From: an uncultured Eubacteriales bacterium | GTDB lineage: Bacteria > Bacillota > Clostridia > Christensenellales > CAG-917 | Assembly: GCA_900549225.1 (NCBI GenBank) | Contig: URNP01000003.1 | Coordinates: 17,264 to 81,263 of the forward strand | Direction of reading: 5' to 3' | Length of the DNA stretch: 64,000 nt | Shown: one piece after another, positions 52,080 through 61,654 of the stretch | Layout: the number at the start of each line of letters is the position of its first letter | Position numbering within the stretch: position 1 is the first letter of the stretch | Program-made: the position numbers and the translations under genes | Notes under the pieces: generated by a model | What the model was told of the DNA's origin: nothing | Database searches by the model: none | What the model saw: the letters and a program-made list of their open reading frames with translations, nothing else

Positions 52080-52772
52080 TCAGTCAAACACTTCAAATTG
52101 CTCGCCTTCGAGGAATTCGGGGATTTCTTCCTCTTCCTCGTCAACGTCTGCGGCGGCAGCCATATTCGCAAGCGTTTCGTTTTCAACTTCCTCTTCGTCC
52201 ATAATGGTTCTGTTGTGGAACAGCGTTTCTTGCGAGGGCGCATTGATGAGCATAAGTTTTTCAAGCACTTCGTCATAGTCGGGCAACTCGTCGATCGTTT
52301 CGATTTGAAATTTCTTCAAAAACTCGTCCGTCGTGCCGTAAAGCAAAGGTCTGCCGACGGTTTCTTTTCTTCCGACCGCTTCGATAAGCCCTGCTTTCAA
52401 AAGCCCCGTAAGCGCGTACTCGGAGTTTTTGTTGCTTCTCATCTCGTCTATTTCAAGACGGGTTATAGGCTGTTTATACGCAATCGTAGCAAGCACTTCG
52501 AGCAAAGTTTTGGTCAGTTCTTTTTCTCTGAGCGGCGTGAGAACGTCCGCAACAGTGTCGCCGTATTTGGGATTCGATGAGAATTGAACTTTTCCGTTGA
52601 ATTCCAGAAGTACGATACCCGAGTCGTTACAGTAGCGTTTTTGCAAGGATTTTATGATAGAATTGAGTTTCTGCGTGGTGAGTTCGGGCACTTTTTCGCA
52701 AATGTCGCTCTTGAGTATAGCCGAGCCGCTCGCAAAAATAATAGCCTCGACAACGTTTTCAATATTTTCCAT
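52080..52772 (-). CDS. scpB: segregation and condensation protein B
   Basis: ORF 52080-52823 with start at ATG 52772 (MENIENVVEAIIFASG) after GAGGAGGG. Acidic C-terminal extension. Confidence 0.9.
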   Translation of the reverse strand: MENIENVVEAIIFASGSAILKSDICEKVPELTTQKLNSIIKSLQKRYCNDSGIVLLEFNGKVQFSSNPKYGDTVADVLTPLREKELTKTLLEVLATIAYKQPITRLEIDEMRSNKNSEYALTGLLKAGLIEAVGRKETVGRPLLYGTTDEFLKKFQIETIDELPDYDEVLEKLMLINAPSQETLFHNRTIMDEEEVENETLANMAAAADVDEEEEEIPEFLEGEQFEVFD

Positions 52773-53712
52773 CGTCACCCTCCTCAAAATCAATCGGGAC
52801 GTCTTCCGTGCCCTCAACCGCAAATATCGTTATTTCTCCGAAAACTTCCTCTTGTTCGGCGCGGAGTCTTCCGTACTTGAGCAATTCGAGCACCGCAAGG
52901 AACGTCGTGACAATATCGCTCTTGTCATAGTCGGGCTCAAACAAGTCGGTGAACTTCATCTGTTTGCGCACGCCTATCATAAGGCGGATATTTTCCATTT
53001 GCTCGTGCACGGAGAATCTATCCTTGACAACCTTTTTGGGTATGATTTCCTGCTCGTGTATGGCGGCGTTTGCAAGCACTCTGGCAAAAGCGTCAACGAG
53101 TTTTGGCAAAGAGAAATTGACGAGCGCAACGCGATAATCCTTGTCTGTGAACACGGGCGCGCGGTAGAATCGGTTGATGGTTTCTATTTCACGCAACTTT
53201 TCGCTCTGCTCGACGAGCAAGGCGTACTCCTTGATCTTGTTGATGAGAAGTTGACGCTCGTATTCGGGATCGTCCTCGGTGATTTCCTCGTCGTCTTTGG
53301 GCAACGTGCGAATGGATTTGAGATACACGAGTTCTGCCGCCATGGTGATAAACTCGCCTGCGTAATCGAAGTCAAGTTCCTCTTTGGGCGTATTGCGGAT
53401 AATCTCGACGTACTGGCTCGTAACCTCGGAAATGAATATATCCTCGATTGCGATTTTCGCGCTCTTAATGAGTTCGTAAAGCAAAGGAATCGGACCGTCG
53501 AAGTCGCTCAAATGGTAGACGATTTCGGGTTTTGCAACGACAAAATCGCCCTCGATTGCCTCGGGCTCGACGATTTCGGCGTTCGTAGCGCCTTGCGCCG
53601 TCGCAGACGAATTTTGCTCGTCGTCTTGCAAAACTTCTTGATCGCTTTGCACGTTGGACTGCAACTCTTCTTCTGCTTTGGCGGATTCGAATTGCAAAAC
53701 TTCCTCTTGCAT
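52759..53712 (-). CDS. scpA: segregation and condensation protein A (kleisin)
   Basis: ORF 52759-53760 with start at ATG 53712. Core FDGPIPLLYELIK... is preceded by an acidic/Q-rich N-terminal extension of about 70 aa. Confidence 0.88.
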   Translation of the reverse strand: MQEEVLQFESAKAEEELQSNVQSDQEVLQDDEQNSSATAQGATNAEIVEPEAIEGDFVVAKPEIVYHLSDFDGPIPLLYELIKSAKIAIEDIFISEVTSQYVEIIRNTPKEELDFDYAGEFITMAAELVYLKSIRTLPKDDEEITEDDPEYERQLLINKIKEYALLVEQSEKLREIETINRFYRAPVFTDKDYRVALVNFSLPKLVDAFARVLANAAIHEQEIIPKKVVKDRFSVHEQMENIRLMIGVRKQMKFTDLFEPDYDKSDIVTTFLAVLELLKYGRLRAEQEEVFGEITIFAVEGTEDVPIDFEEGDDGKY

Positions 53713-53802
53713 ATCAATCCTTCGTAAAGATAAATAACGTATAAATATTAACACGCGCACGCAAAAAAGTCAAAACAAATAAAAAATTATACTTATGTAG
53801 CG

Positions 53803-53831
53803 CCGAAAACCGCCACGCAGGCGGTTTTCGG
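53803..53831 (-). terminator. strong hairpin downstream of the carboxypeptidase gene (terminator candidate)
   Basis: CCGAAAACCGCC-ACGCA-GGCGGTTTTCGG, a 12-bp stem. No immediate U tract on the minus strand. Confidence 0.45.
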
Positions 53832-53866
53832 ACAGAGTTTTAGATTCTCGTTTCAAGTTGTTACGT

Positions 53867-55090
53867 TTATTTTGTCGTGGACCAATTTTTTGCGATTTCG
53901 CCGATTGCGTCAAAGAAACTCATTCTTTCCACGTCTTCGTTTGCAACGATCGCAACTTTGTCAACGATCACGCCGTCTTTCACGAGATACGCTTCGCCCA
54001 CTTTGTCGCCCTTTTTGATAGGTGCTTTGACAGTGCTCGGCAAATCGTATTTTATCTCGTAATTTGCCTTTTCGTCACGGGACACGAATCTTGTCACGTC
54101 ACGCTCGACGCCGAGTGCGACACTTTGGTTTTTACCGCCCGAAACGGCAAGCGTGATATCGAGATTTTCCCCTGCTTTGAGCATTATTTCGTTTGAAAAA
54201 TTCGAGAAGGAATAATCGAACATTGCGCTGATTGCGGCATTGCGGATTTTTGAACTGTCCGCACCGATAATCACGGCAACGACGCGCATATTATTCTTCT
54301 TTGCGGTTGCGCACAGACAGAATTTCGCCTCGCTCGTGAAGCCCGTTTTGCCACCGTCGCAACCGTTGTAGAATCTGACGAGTTTGTTGGTGTTGGTGAT
54401 AGTTGTCACTCTACCGTCCGGGTGTTGATAATCCTCGAGCCACACCTTTGCAAACTCGAAATATTCGCTATGTTTTATGAGTTCTCCAAACATAATCGAA
54501 ACGTCCTTTGCCGAGGAAAAACTCTCTGCGGCAGGCAAGCCCGTGCAATTTTTGAACGCCGTATCGGTCATGCCGAGTTCCTTTGCTCTTGCGTTCATTC
54601 TCGCAACGAAAGCCTCAACGCTTCCCGAAATATGCTCTGCGAGCGCGACGCACGAGTCGTTTGCCGATGCAACGATAACGGTTTTGAGAAGTTCTCTTGC
54701 CTTATGAGTCGTGCCTGCGTCCAAAAAGACCTGCGAGCCGCCCATACTTGCCGCATTCTGACTCACTTCGACGTCGTCGTCAAGAGAGATGTCTCCCCTT
54801 TCAGCCGCCTCGAATGTGAGCAAAGACGTCATGATTTTGACCATACTTGCAATAGGCAAGCGTTCCTTTTCGTTTCGTGCATAGAGCAACTCTCCCGTTG
54901 CGTAATCGACGAGATATGCGGATTTTCCGACGGTTTTGAAATCGGTTGCGGCTTCGCATACGGACGGACGAATTGCAAATATCGACGCAACAACGAATGC
55001 AAACACAAGCAAAATCGACACGACGATCCCGCCTATTTTTGCAGCATAGCCCTTTTTATCCTTTGAATTTTCGTAAGTTTTGTAGTTCAT
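53867..55090 (-). CDS. D-alanyl-D-alanine carboxypeptidase (peptidase S11 with PBP5 C-terminal domain)
   Basis: 407 aa with signal/TM helix. SxxK (SMVK), SAN and KTG motifs. Confidence 0.88.
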   Translation of the reverse strand: MNYKTYENSKDKKGYAAKIGGIVVSILLVFAFVVASIFAIRPSVCEAATDFKTVGKSAYLVDYATGELLYARNEKERLPIASMVKIMTSLLTFEAAERGDISLDDDVEVSQNAASMGGSQVFLDAGTTHKARELLKTVIVASANDSCVALAEHISGSVEAFVARMNARAKELGMTDTAFKNCTGLPAAESFSSAKDVSIMFGELIKHSEYFEFAKVWLEDYQHPDGRVTTITNTNKLVRFYNGCDGGKTGFTSEAKFCLCATAKKNNMRVVAVIIGADSSKIRNAAISAMFDYSFSNFSNEIMLKAGENLDITLAVSGGKNQSVALGVERDVTRFVSRDEKANYEIKYDLPSTVKAPIKKGDKVGEAYLVKDGVIVDKVAIVANEDVERMSFFDAIGEIAKNWSTTK

Positions 55091-55224
55091 TTTTCACCTC
55101 ACGCATTTTCGTTAGCGTGTATAAAACGTGCAAAATTATGCAAAAACGGCAATTAATCGCTTTCGATACACCATATTGCGATACGCGTAACGTACTAAAA
55201 ATAACGACGATAGGACTACGACTT

Positions 55225-55410
55225 ACGACTTTGAAAACGCAATACGCGCACGACTATGTTTTGAAATTATTGCGCATGTCAATTTATCTATGAAAAGACT
55301 TTATCAATACGGCGCACGGCTATGTTTTCAATCATAGCAAACGTCAATTCATCAAGTTGAAAGACATTGTCAATACAGCGATACGACGATGACTTTGAAA
55401 ATCGAGCCGA
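55225..55410. repeat. about three tandem repeats of about 65 bp
   Basis: CAATAC(G)GCGCACG(A/G)CTATGTTTT... units start near 55240, 55305 and 55371. The third unit runs into the 3' end and stop (55370-55372) of the minus-strand gene. Confidence 0.75.
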
Positions 55411-55960
55411 GTATAATGAAAAGCACGAACGCAATCGCAACGTTTACGCCGAGTATTTTCATCGTGGAGACGAAAGACGGTTTAAGTCCCGTTTTGCAAC
55501 ACGAGCAATCGGGAGCAACGACGACCGTCGCACACAGCACGAAACAACAAAACGTGCAAAGGAAAAACGGCAAATATATCAACAGCAAGTTTATAAGTCC
55601 CGTCGTTTCGTATCTTGCAATCAGCGTGGCTGAATACTCTCCCGTAATAAATCCAAGTGCACAGAACGGCAAAATTATCAAAAACACCGTCACGTTGTTT
55701 ACTCCTGCAATCAAAAATACGCCGTAACAACCTATAAGCGCAAGCAACGAGATGAAAAACACCTTTGCCGCGCCGAACTCCATATCCGCTCTGGCAACGC
55801 GCTCGAATCCGTCCTCTCCCACCGCTCTGAACGCCGAAATAATCCCGACGGTAATGCCGAGAGCGAATATCACGACGGCGCAAATAATCACCTTTTTGTT
55901 GTCGGAAACGAAGGATTTAAGAGAAGATAAAAAAGATTTTGCCCGCAAATAACCTTGCAT
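55370..55960 (-). CDS. polytopic membrane protein, possibly stage II sporulation protein M
   Basis: ORF 55370-56020 with ATG 55960 (MQGYLRAKSF...) preferred on spacing grounds. It has 5 hydrophobic helices and SpoIIM-like size and layout. No SD at either start. Confidence 0.45.
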   Translation of the reverse strand: MQGYLRAKSFLSSLKSFVSDNKKVIICAVVIFALGITVGIISAFRAVGEDGFERVARADMEFGAAKVFFISLLALIGCYGVFLIAGVNNVTVFLIILPFCALGFITGEYSATLIARYETTGLINLLLIYLPFFLCTFCCFVLCATVVVAPDCSCCKTGLKPSFVSTMKILGVNVAIAFVLFIILGSIFKVIVVSLY

Positions 55961-56064
55961 ATATAAAAGATATGAACGCCGCGCACGGATATGACAAAAA
56001 GTGCGATAATCAGCGGGCATACTTTGCTATTTGCCAAATAAAACGCCTGCGAAAATGATAGCAT

Positions 56065-56406
56065 ATGCTCGTGAAAGAAAACGAAATAAAAACCAAAGAG
56101 TATCTTCTCAAACTCGGATTTCAGCCAAACCTAAAAGGATACAGACTCCTTTCGAGACTCATATGCTACGCACTTGACGGCGTTGATATTCTGCCGCTCA
56201 AGTATAAGGGATACGAATCTCTATCCTCGGATTTCGACGCTTCAAAAGCAAGCGTGGAAAAGGATATTCAAAATGCGATATCGTCCGCGTTTTTGCGAGG
56301 AAACGTTGACGTGTTGTACTCGGAATTTGGCGAAACGCTTGACGAAAACAAAGGCAAACCTACAAACAAACAGTTTGTTCTTACTGCGCTTGAAAGAATA
56401 AAATAA
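56065..56406 (+). CDS. stand-alone Spo0A C-terminal (effector) domain protein, no receiver domain
   Basis: 113 aa. LKGYRLLSRLI..., ...ASKASVEKDIQNAISSAFLRGNVDVLYSEFG...NKGKPTNKQFVLTALERI aligns by eye with the B. subtilis Spo0A C-domain (IKGYLYLREAI...[29 protein letters not shown]...KAKPTNSEFIAMVADKL). Confidence 0.75.
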   Translation: MLVKENEIKTKEYLLKLGFQPNLKGYRLLSRLICYALDGVDILPLKYKGYESLSSDFDASKASVEKDIQNAISSAFLRGNVDVLYSEFGETLDENKGKPTNKQFVLTALERIK

Positions 56407-56463
56407 TCAAATTGAGCACATTAGAATGCTTGTTTTGAACGAAACAACAAAAATCGCAACTAT

Positions 56464-56491
56464 AAAAAAGAGCGAGCGGACATAAGTCCGC
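56464..56491 (-). terminator. terminator candidate after spoIVB
   Basis: GCGGAC-ATAA-GTCCGC hairpin. On the minus strand the T-run follows after 6 nt. Confidence 0.5.
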
Positions 56492-56529
56492 CCTATATCA
56501 ACGTCACTCTTTTCAGGCGACGGGTTTGA

Positions 56530-57708
56530 TTACGCAGCAAGTTTAAGATCTTCGGTGTCGTGCGCACAGTCTATGCTTTGCGCTTTTTCATACATAAATC
56601 TCGAATGAACGGCGTATCCTCTCGTCGGATCTTGCACGAACACGTGTGTGATTGCGCCTATGAGAACACCGTCTTGAACGATCGGGCTTCCGCTCATACC
56701 TTGCACGATACCGCCCGTTTTTTCAAGCAATTCCTTGTCGCTGACCTTCACAACCATACCTTTTTCGGCAGGTTCGCTCTGCGATACGACTTTGACGATT
56801 TCAACTTCGTAAAACTTAGGCGTCGAACCGACTATCGTCGTCAAAACTTGCGCTTTTCCTATGCGAGCCTCGCCTTTTGCCGCAATTTTGTATAATTTTC
56901 CGTCGTATTCACCATCAAACTTACCGTACAATCCGATATCCGTGTTTGCCGAGATACTTCCGATGCTCTTTGAAAATCTGTTTACGTCGGCAACGAGTCC
57001 TCCTGCTTTTCCTCTCTCACCCTTGACAACGCCGTTTACTGTGGCATTATAAATATTTCCCGTATTAAGTTCTTCAAAAATTCCTTCAACGTCGCTGATT
57101 CTGTGACCGAGAGCCGCAAAACTACCGTCTGTAGTGACGAACGTGAGCGTTCCCACACCCCCGACGTCCTCTTTCAAGGCAAGTCCGAGTTTATATCTTC
57201 CGTCGGATTTATCCTTTGCAAGCACCACTCTGTCGCTATAATCGACGTTTTGATGAGAGTATTCTATAGTTACACCGGGAGAAGTCAGTTTTGAAAGAAT
57301 ATCTTTGAGTTTATAAAGAGAATTGACTTTTTCGCCGTTGATCCCCAAAAGCACGTCGCCACCGCTTATTTTGGAGTTTTTCAAAGGTATAGCCTCACCG
57401 CTTGCCGTCTGAACTTTGTCCTTCGACACGACGATAAGACCTTGAGTTTTTATGCTGATACCGATGGGTTTTCCGCCTATTCTCACGTATTTGTTTGCCG
57501 CCGTGTCACACGGAGTGATTTTGTCGTATAGCGAATTTTGTTCGTGAATCGTGCCGTTTTGCTCAATAGTATTATTGTTTTCTACGTTTTTCAGAACACT
57601 CATATTGCTTATGAGTGCACAAAAAGCGCAAAAAAGTATCATTGTCACAATCAGGGCAAGCACGCTTTTCTGCGTTTTTATATAGTTTTTTCTATCGTTT
57701 GTCTGCAT
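56530..57708 (-). CDS. spoIVB: SpoIVB peptidase (S55)
   Basis: 392 aa with N-terminal TM helix, PDZ segment (GDVLLGINGEKV) and catalytic region GTLTFVTTDGSFAALGH...GMSGSPIV. Confidence 0.92.
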   Translation of the reverse strand: MQTNDRKNYIKTQKSVLALIVTMILFCAFCALISNMSVLKNVENNNTIEQNGTIHEQNSLYDKITPCDTAANKYVRIGGKPIGISIKTQGLIVVSKDKVQTASGEAIPLKNSKISGGDVLLGINGEKVNSLYKLKDILSKLTSPGVTIEYSHQNVDYSDRVVLAKDKSDGRYKLGLALKEDVGGVGTLTFVTTDGSFAALGHRISDVEGIFEELNTGNIYNATVNGVVKGERGKAGGLVADVNRFSKSIGSISANTDIGLYGKFDGEYDGKLYKIAAKGEARIGKAQVLTTIVGSTPKFYEVEIVKVVSQSEPAEKGMVVKVSDKELLEKTGGIVQGMSGSPIVQDGVLIGAITHVFVQDPTRGYAVHSRFMYEKAQSIDCAHDTEDLKLAA

Positions 57709-57761
57709 ACGCTTATCTTGCGCAAAGGCAAAAGTTTATCGCTTGTAAATTTATGTAAAAG

Positions 57762-57782
57762 AAAAAGCGGACGAAAGTCCGC
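57762..57782 (-). terminator. rho-independent terminator after the FAD-dependent oxidoreductase gene
   Basis: Minus strand GCGGAC-TTTC-GTCCGC followed by TTTTT. Confidence 0.78.
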
Positions 57783-57852
57783 TCTATCTATTTGTGATTT
57801 TCATTTGTAAAAAAGTCTTCTACGTTGTAAACGCAACTATGAAAGAATCTTA

Positions 57853-59268
57853 TTATTTATTCTTCTCTGCTTCGAGAATGTTGCGTGCCATATACACGCC
57901 CATAACCGACGCCATCATAAGACCTCTCGTCCAACCGCTGCTGTCGCCGAGGCAATGCAGACCGTGAATTGACGTGTTAAGATGATCGTCCATCTTGATT
58001 TTGTTGCTGTAGAATTTAAGTTCGGGGCTATAAAGCAAGGTTTCGTATCCTGCAAAACCGGGCACGACTTTATCCACTGCCTGTATAAAGTTGATAATGT
58101 TAAGCATTGCTCTATACGGCATACCTGCGGTTATATCGCCCGCAACTGCGTCTTTGAGCGTCGGACGAACGTTCGAGAATCCGAGTTCTCTCTGCCAAGT
58201 GCGTTTTCCGCTCAATATGTCGCCGTAGCGTTGCACCATAATCTTGCCTGCGCCGAGCATATTGGTGAGTTCACCGACGCGCTGTGCGTACGCAATAGGT
58301 TCTTTGAACGGCTCGGTAAAGGAGTGCGAACAAAGAATCGCAAGATTCGTATTGTCGCTCTTCTTTTCCTTGTAACTGTGACCGTTGACGACTGCAAGGT
58401 CGTTGTCGTAGTTCTCTTGCGACACGAATCCGCCCGGGTTTTGACAGAAAATACGCACTTTGTTCTTGAACGGTTCGGGATATCCGATGAGTTTCGACTC
58501 GTAAAGCACGTCGTTGACCTCTTCCATAATCTCGTTGCGCACTTCCACTCTCACGCCGATATCGACGACGCCGGGAGCGTGCGCGATGTTGTGTTCGGCG
58601 CACATTTTTTCGAGCCAGTCGGCGCCGCGGCGACCGGTGGCGATAATGGTTTTTTCTGCATAAATATTCTCTTTGTTGTCGCCTTTGCTGTCTTCGATGC
58701 ACACGCCTTTGCATACGTCGCCCTCGAGAATGATGTTGTCACACTGTCTGCCGAAGATGAGTTCTACGCCGTTGTCACGCAAATAATTCTCGATTGCAAG
58801 GTACAAATCGTGAGCCTTTTCTGTGCCGAGGTGGCGAATGGGACAATCAACGAGTTTCAAGCCTGCCTGAATGGCTTTTTTGCGGATTTCTTTGACTTTT
58901 TCCTCGTTTCCCAAACCTTCGATATGCTCGTCTGCACCAAATTCGAGATAGATTCCGTCCGTATAGTCGATAAGTTCCTGCGCTTTGTCCGCACCGATAA
59001 GTTGAGGTAGTTCTCCACCCACTTCGTAGGAAAGAGAAAGTTTGCCGTCGGAAAACGCGCCTGCGCCCGAAAAACCCGTCGTGATATGACAATAAGGCTT
59101 GCAATTGCGGCACTCGCCTCCGAAAGTTTTGGGACAAACTCGTTTTTCAACGGGTTGACCTTTTTCGATAATACACATTTTTTTCTTGCTGCCGTTGCGC
59201 AAAAGTTCGATTGCGGTAAAGATTCCGGCAGGGCCTGCGCCCACTATGCAAATATCGTATTTTCTCAT
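57853..59268 (-). CDS. FAD-dependent oxidoreductase (uncharacterised dehydrogenase family)
   Basis: ORF 57853-59295 with start at ATG 59268 (MRKYDICIVGAGPAGIF) after GAGGTAG. Rossmann GxGxxG motif. Confidence 0.8.
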   Translation of the reverse strand: MRKYDICIVGAGPAGIFTAIELLRNGSKKKMCIIEKGQPVEKRVCPKTFGGECRNCKPYCHITTGFSGAGAFSDGKLSLSYEVGGELPQLIGADKAQELIDYTDGIYLEFGADEHIEGLGNEEKVKEIRKKAIQAGLKLVDCPIRHLGTEKAHDLYLAIENYLRDNGVELIFGRQCDNIILEGDVCKGVCIEDSKGDNKENIYAEKTIIATGRRGADWLEKMCAEHNIAHAPGVVDIGVRVEVRNEIMEEVNDVLYESKLIGYPEPFKNKVRIFCQNPGGFVSQENYDNDLAVVNGHSYKEKKSDNTNLAILCSHSFTEPFKEPIAYAQRVGELTNMLGAGKIMVQRYGDILSGKRTWQRELGFSNVRPTLKDAVAGDITAGMPYRAMLNIINFIQAVDKVVPGFAGYETLLYSPELKFYSNKIKMDDHLNTSIHGLHCLGDSSGWTRGLMMASVMGVYMARNILEAEKNK

Positions 59269-59620
59269 TTCTACCTCGTATATCGTTATTTTCAAACGAA
59301 TATAAAATAATACATTATTTTAGATATCATTTTTTGTCGTCGACGAAAGTTTTGCACCCCGCGACCTGTTGGATTATAATTCTAAAACGCCAATCTGTCA
59401 ACACATTCGATAGGTTTGAAGAAAATGTTTTTTTTCTTTGCAAATAATCGGTTCGCTTCGTCATTTTCGGCTATACGAGTTTTGGTCAAATTCTTTTCGT
59501 TTTGAGTATAATTTGAACTTCTGCGTGATACGCGGTTTTGCGAAAACGTTTGCCTGCTTTGTCGATAATTGTCAATTTTTGAGAGGTAACGCCATAAAAT
59601 ATACAACTCGGAGGACGTAA

Positions 59621-60316
59621 ATGGCTTTGGAAAATCTGCTGACTCTCTTGAAAAATCTTATCATATTTTCTTCCTATATGACGGAAAAGAGTTCTTTTCC
59701 AAAGCCATTGTCCAAAGAAAAAGAGCAAGAATACCTGCTTTTGAGCGCAAAAGGAGACAAGGAAGCAAAAGAAATCCTCGTGAAACACAATCTGCGATTG
59801 GTTGCCCATATCGCAAAAAAATACGCGAACTACGGCGACAACGACGAACTCATTTCAATCGGTTCTATCGGGCTTATAAAGGCTATCGAGAGTTTCAAAA
59901 GCGACAAAGGCACGTCGCTTGCAACCTACGCTTCGCGCTGTATAGAAAACGAGATATTGATGACGATGAGAACGAGCAAAAAGCACCGCTCCAACGTATC
60001 GCTCAACGAGCCGATAGGCGTTGATAAGGACGGAAACGAACTCGTAATCATGGATATGCTCGAATCCGACAAAAACGTCATCGAGGACGTTGAAAACTCT
60101 ATAATGATGGAAAAACTGTCCGCAATCACGAAATCCGTGCTTGACGAGCGCGAATATCAGATAATAAAACTCCGCTACGGACTTGAAAACACGGGCGCGC
60201 TCACGCAAAGAGAAGTCGCAAAAAAATTCAATATATCTCGCTCTTACGTTTCGCGAATCGAGAAAAAAGCACTCGAAAAAATCAAAAAGTCGGTAAACAA
60301 AGACGATTTGGTGTGA
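59621..60316 (+). CDS. sigK: RNA polymerase sporulation sigma factor SigK (pro-sigma-K), uninterrupted
   Basis: 231 aa, GGAGGA SD. Pro-sequence then SSFPKPLSKEKEQEYLLLSAKGDKEAKEILVKHNLRLVAHIAKKY...CIENEILM, matching the SigK pattern. Confidence 0.88.
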   Translation: MALENLLTLLKNLIIFSSYMTEKSSFPKPLSKEKEQEYLLLSAKGDKEAKEILVKHNLRLVAHIAKKYANYGDNDELISIGSIGLIKAIESFKSDKGTSLATYASRCIENEILMTMRTSKKHRSNVSLNEPIGVDKDGNELVIMDMLESDKNVIEDVENSIMMEKLSAITKSVLDEREYQIIKLRYGLENTGALTQREVAKKFNISRSYVSRIEKKALEKIKKSVNKDDLV

Positions 60317-60404
60317 ATAAACTGCCTTGGAAGCAGGCGAAAAAGCGTGAGATACGACAATATAATTTTGGTCTGACGGTTTGAATTTTTAGAGGATAAA
60401 TCGT

Positions 60405-60436
60405 ATAAAAAACGCTCTCGCGTGAGAGCGTTTTGT
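60405..60436. terminator. bidirectional rho-independent terminator between sigK and nrdR
   Basis: ACGCTCTC-GCGT-GAGAGCGT flanked by an A-run and a T-run. Confidence 0.85.
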
Positions 60437-60541
60437 GTGTAGTCAACGGTGTGCGTGCATATAAGATTTGCCACTGTTTAGCGGGATTTTCACCGCAAAA
60501 TGAAATCCGCTGCGGAATTGACGGTTGCAAAGAGTTGAAGA

Positions 60542-61021
60542 TCAGTCGTTTTTCTTGGTCATCTCTTCTTTGAGTTTGACAAGGCTTTCGATCTCGTCAA
60601 GCAAAGTGTTGATATCTTTGAATTGACGGTGCACGGAAGCATAACGGACGTATGCCACTTCGTCGATGCTCTTGAGACCTTCCATAACCATATCGCCGAG
60701 CGCGGCTGAGGAAACTTCCTGATCGAGCGAATTGAGAACCTGACGTTGAATGTCCCCTACAAGTCTGTCGATCGACGACATGGAAATGGGGCGCTTTTCA
60801 CAAGCCTTCATTATGCCGATTTTGATTTTGTTAAGGTCAAACGCTTGACGAGAGCCGTCTTTTTTGATGACCATAATCGGTGTGGATTCAACCGTTTCGT
60901 AAGTTGTGAAACGCTTTCCGCAAACGACGCATTCTCTGCGACGACGGATCGAAGTGCCGTCCTCGTTTTGTCTGGAATCAACGACTTTGCTTTCCATACT
61001 ACCGCAATATATACATTTCAT
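60542..61021 (-). CDS. nrdR: transcriptional repressor NrdR
   Basis: ORF 60542-61171 with start at ATG 61021 (MKCIYCGSMESKVVDSR...) after GAGGT. Zinc ribbon CxxC...CxxC plus ATP-cone. Confidence 0.93.
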   Translation of the reverse strand: MKCIYCGSMESKVVDSRQNEDGTSIRRRRECVVCGKRFTTYETVESTPIMVIKKDGSRQAFDLNKIKIGIMKACEKRPISMSSIDRLVGDIQRQVLNSLDQEVSSAALGDMVMEGLKSIDEVAYVRYASVHRQFKDINTLLDEIESLVKLKEEMTKKND

Positions 61022-61342
61022 TTGGTTTTTACCTCGACGTTTAATGCAAATATTATATAATAAGAAATAAAAAAAGTAAACATTAATTTTGGAAAATATA
61101 CAATATTTAGTGCTTAAAAGACACTTTTGGACACAATAAACGGCGTTTGCATGCAATAAGGCGGCAAACATGGAAGGGAAATGTTATTTGAGCGGAAAAA
61201 TTGAGCGCGGTATTCTTTGAGAACTTAAGAAAAGATGACGGAGCGATTTGATTAAAATTGTTTACTCGGTTTTGAGAATCCAAACGCAGAATTTGCAAAA
61301 AAAACGTCGGAATAAAAGACGACGCGCGGAATATGATTTAAT

Positions 61343-61654
61343 ATGAATCAAAGACAATATTCCTTTGCAGAACTATCGCGAAAAAGCGTTATAAACGTTG
61401 CAGACGGCAAAGAACTCGGTAAAGCGTGCGATTTGATATTAAACAGTTGCGGAAGCGTATGCGGAATCGTCGTGCCGGGCAAAAAAAGCCTACTGAAAAG
61501 TATCACGAGCGCGGAAACGATATTTATCGGTTGGAATCGTATCGTAAAAATAGGAGCGGACGCGATTTTGGTGGAATTGGTGGGAAATTACGCCTCGACG
61601 ATGAGCGAAGAAACACCGCCCGCACAAGAGCAAAACAAGGATATTCCCTACTAA
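61343..61654 (+). CDS. ylmC: YlmC/YmxH-family sporulation protein (PRC-barrel)
   Basis: 103 aa. ...ELSRKSVINVADGKELGKACDLIL...IVVPG...IGWNRIVKIGADAILVEL is typical of YlmC/YmxH. It lies near sigE-sigG as in Bacillus. Confidence 0.85.
   Translation: MNQRQYSFAELSRKSVINVADGKELGKACDLILNSCGSVCGIVVPGKKSLLKSITSAETIFIGWNRIVKIGADAILVELVGNYASTMSEETPPAQEQNKDIPY

Noticed and set aside
59560-59620. A mother-cell type -10 (CATAAAATA) upstream of sigK, and a forespore-type -10 (CATACTC) upstream of sigG at 62964-63030
   Set aside because: I could not find convincing -35 partners at the right spacing by eye. Calling sigma-E/K or sigma-F/G promoters needs a weight-matrix scan or TSS data.
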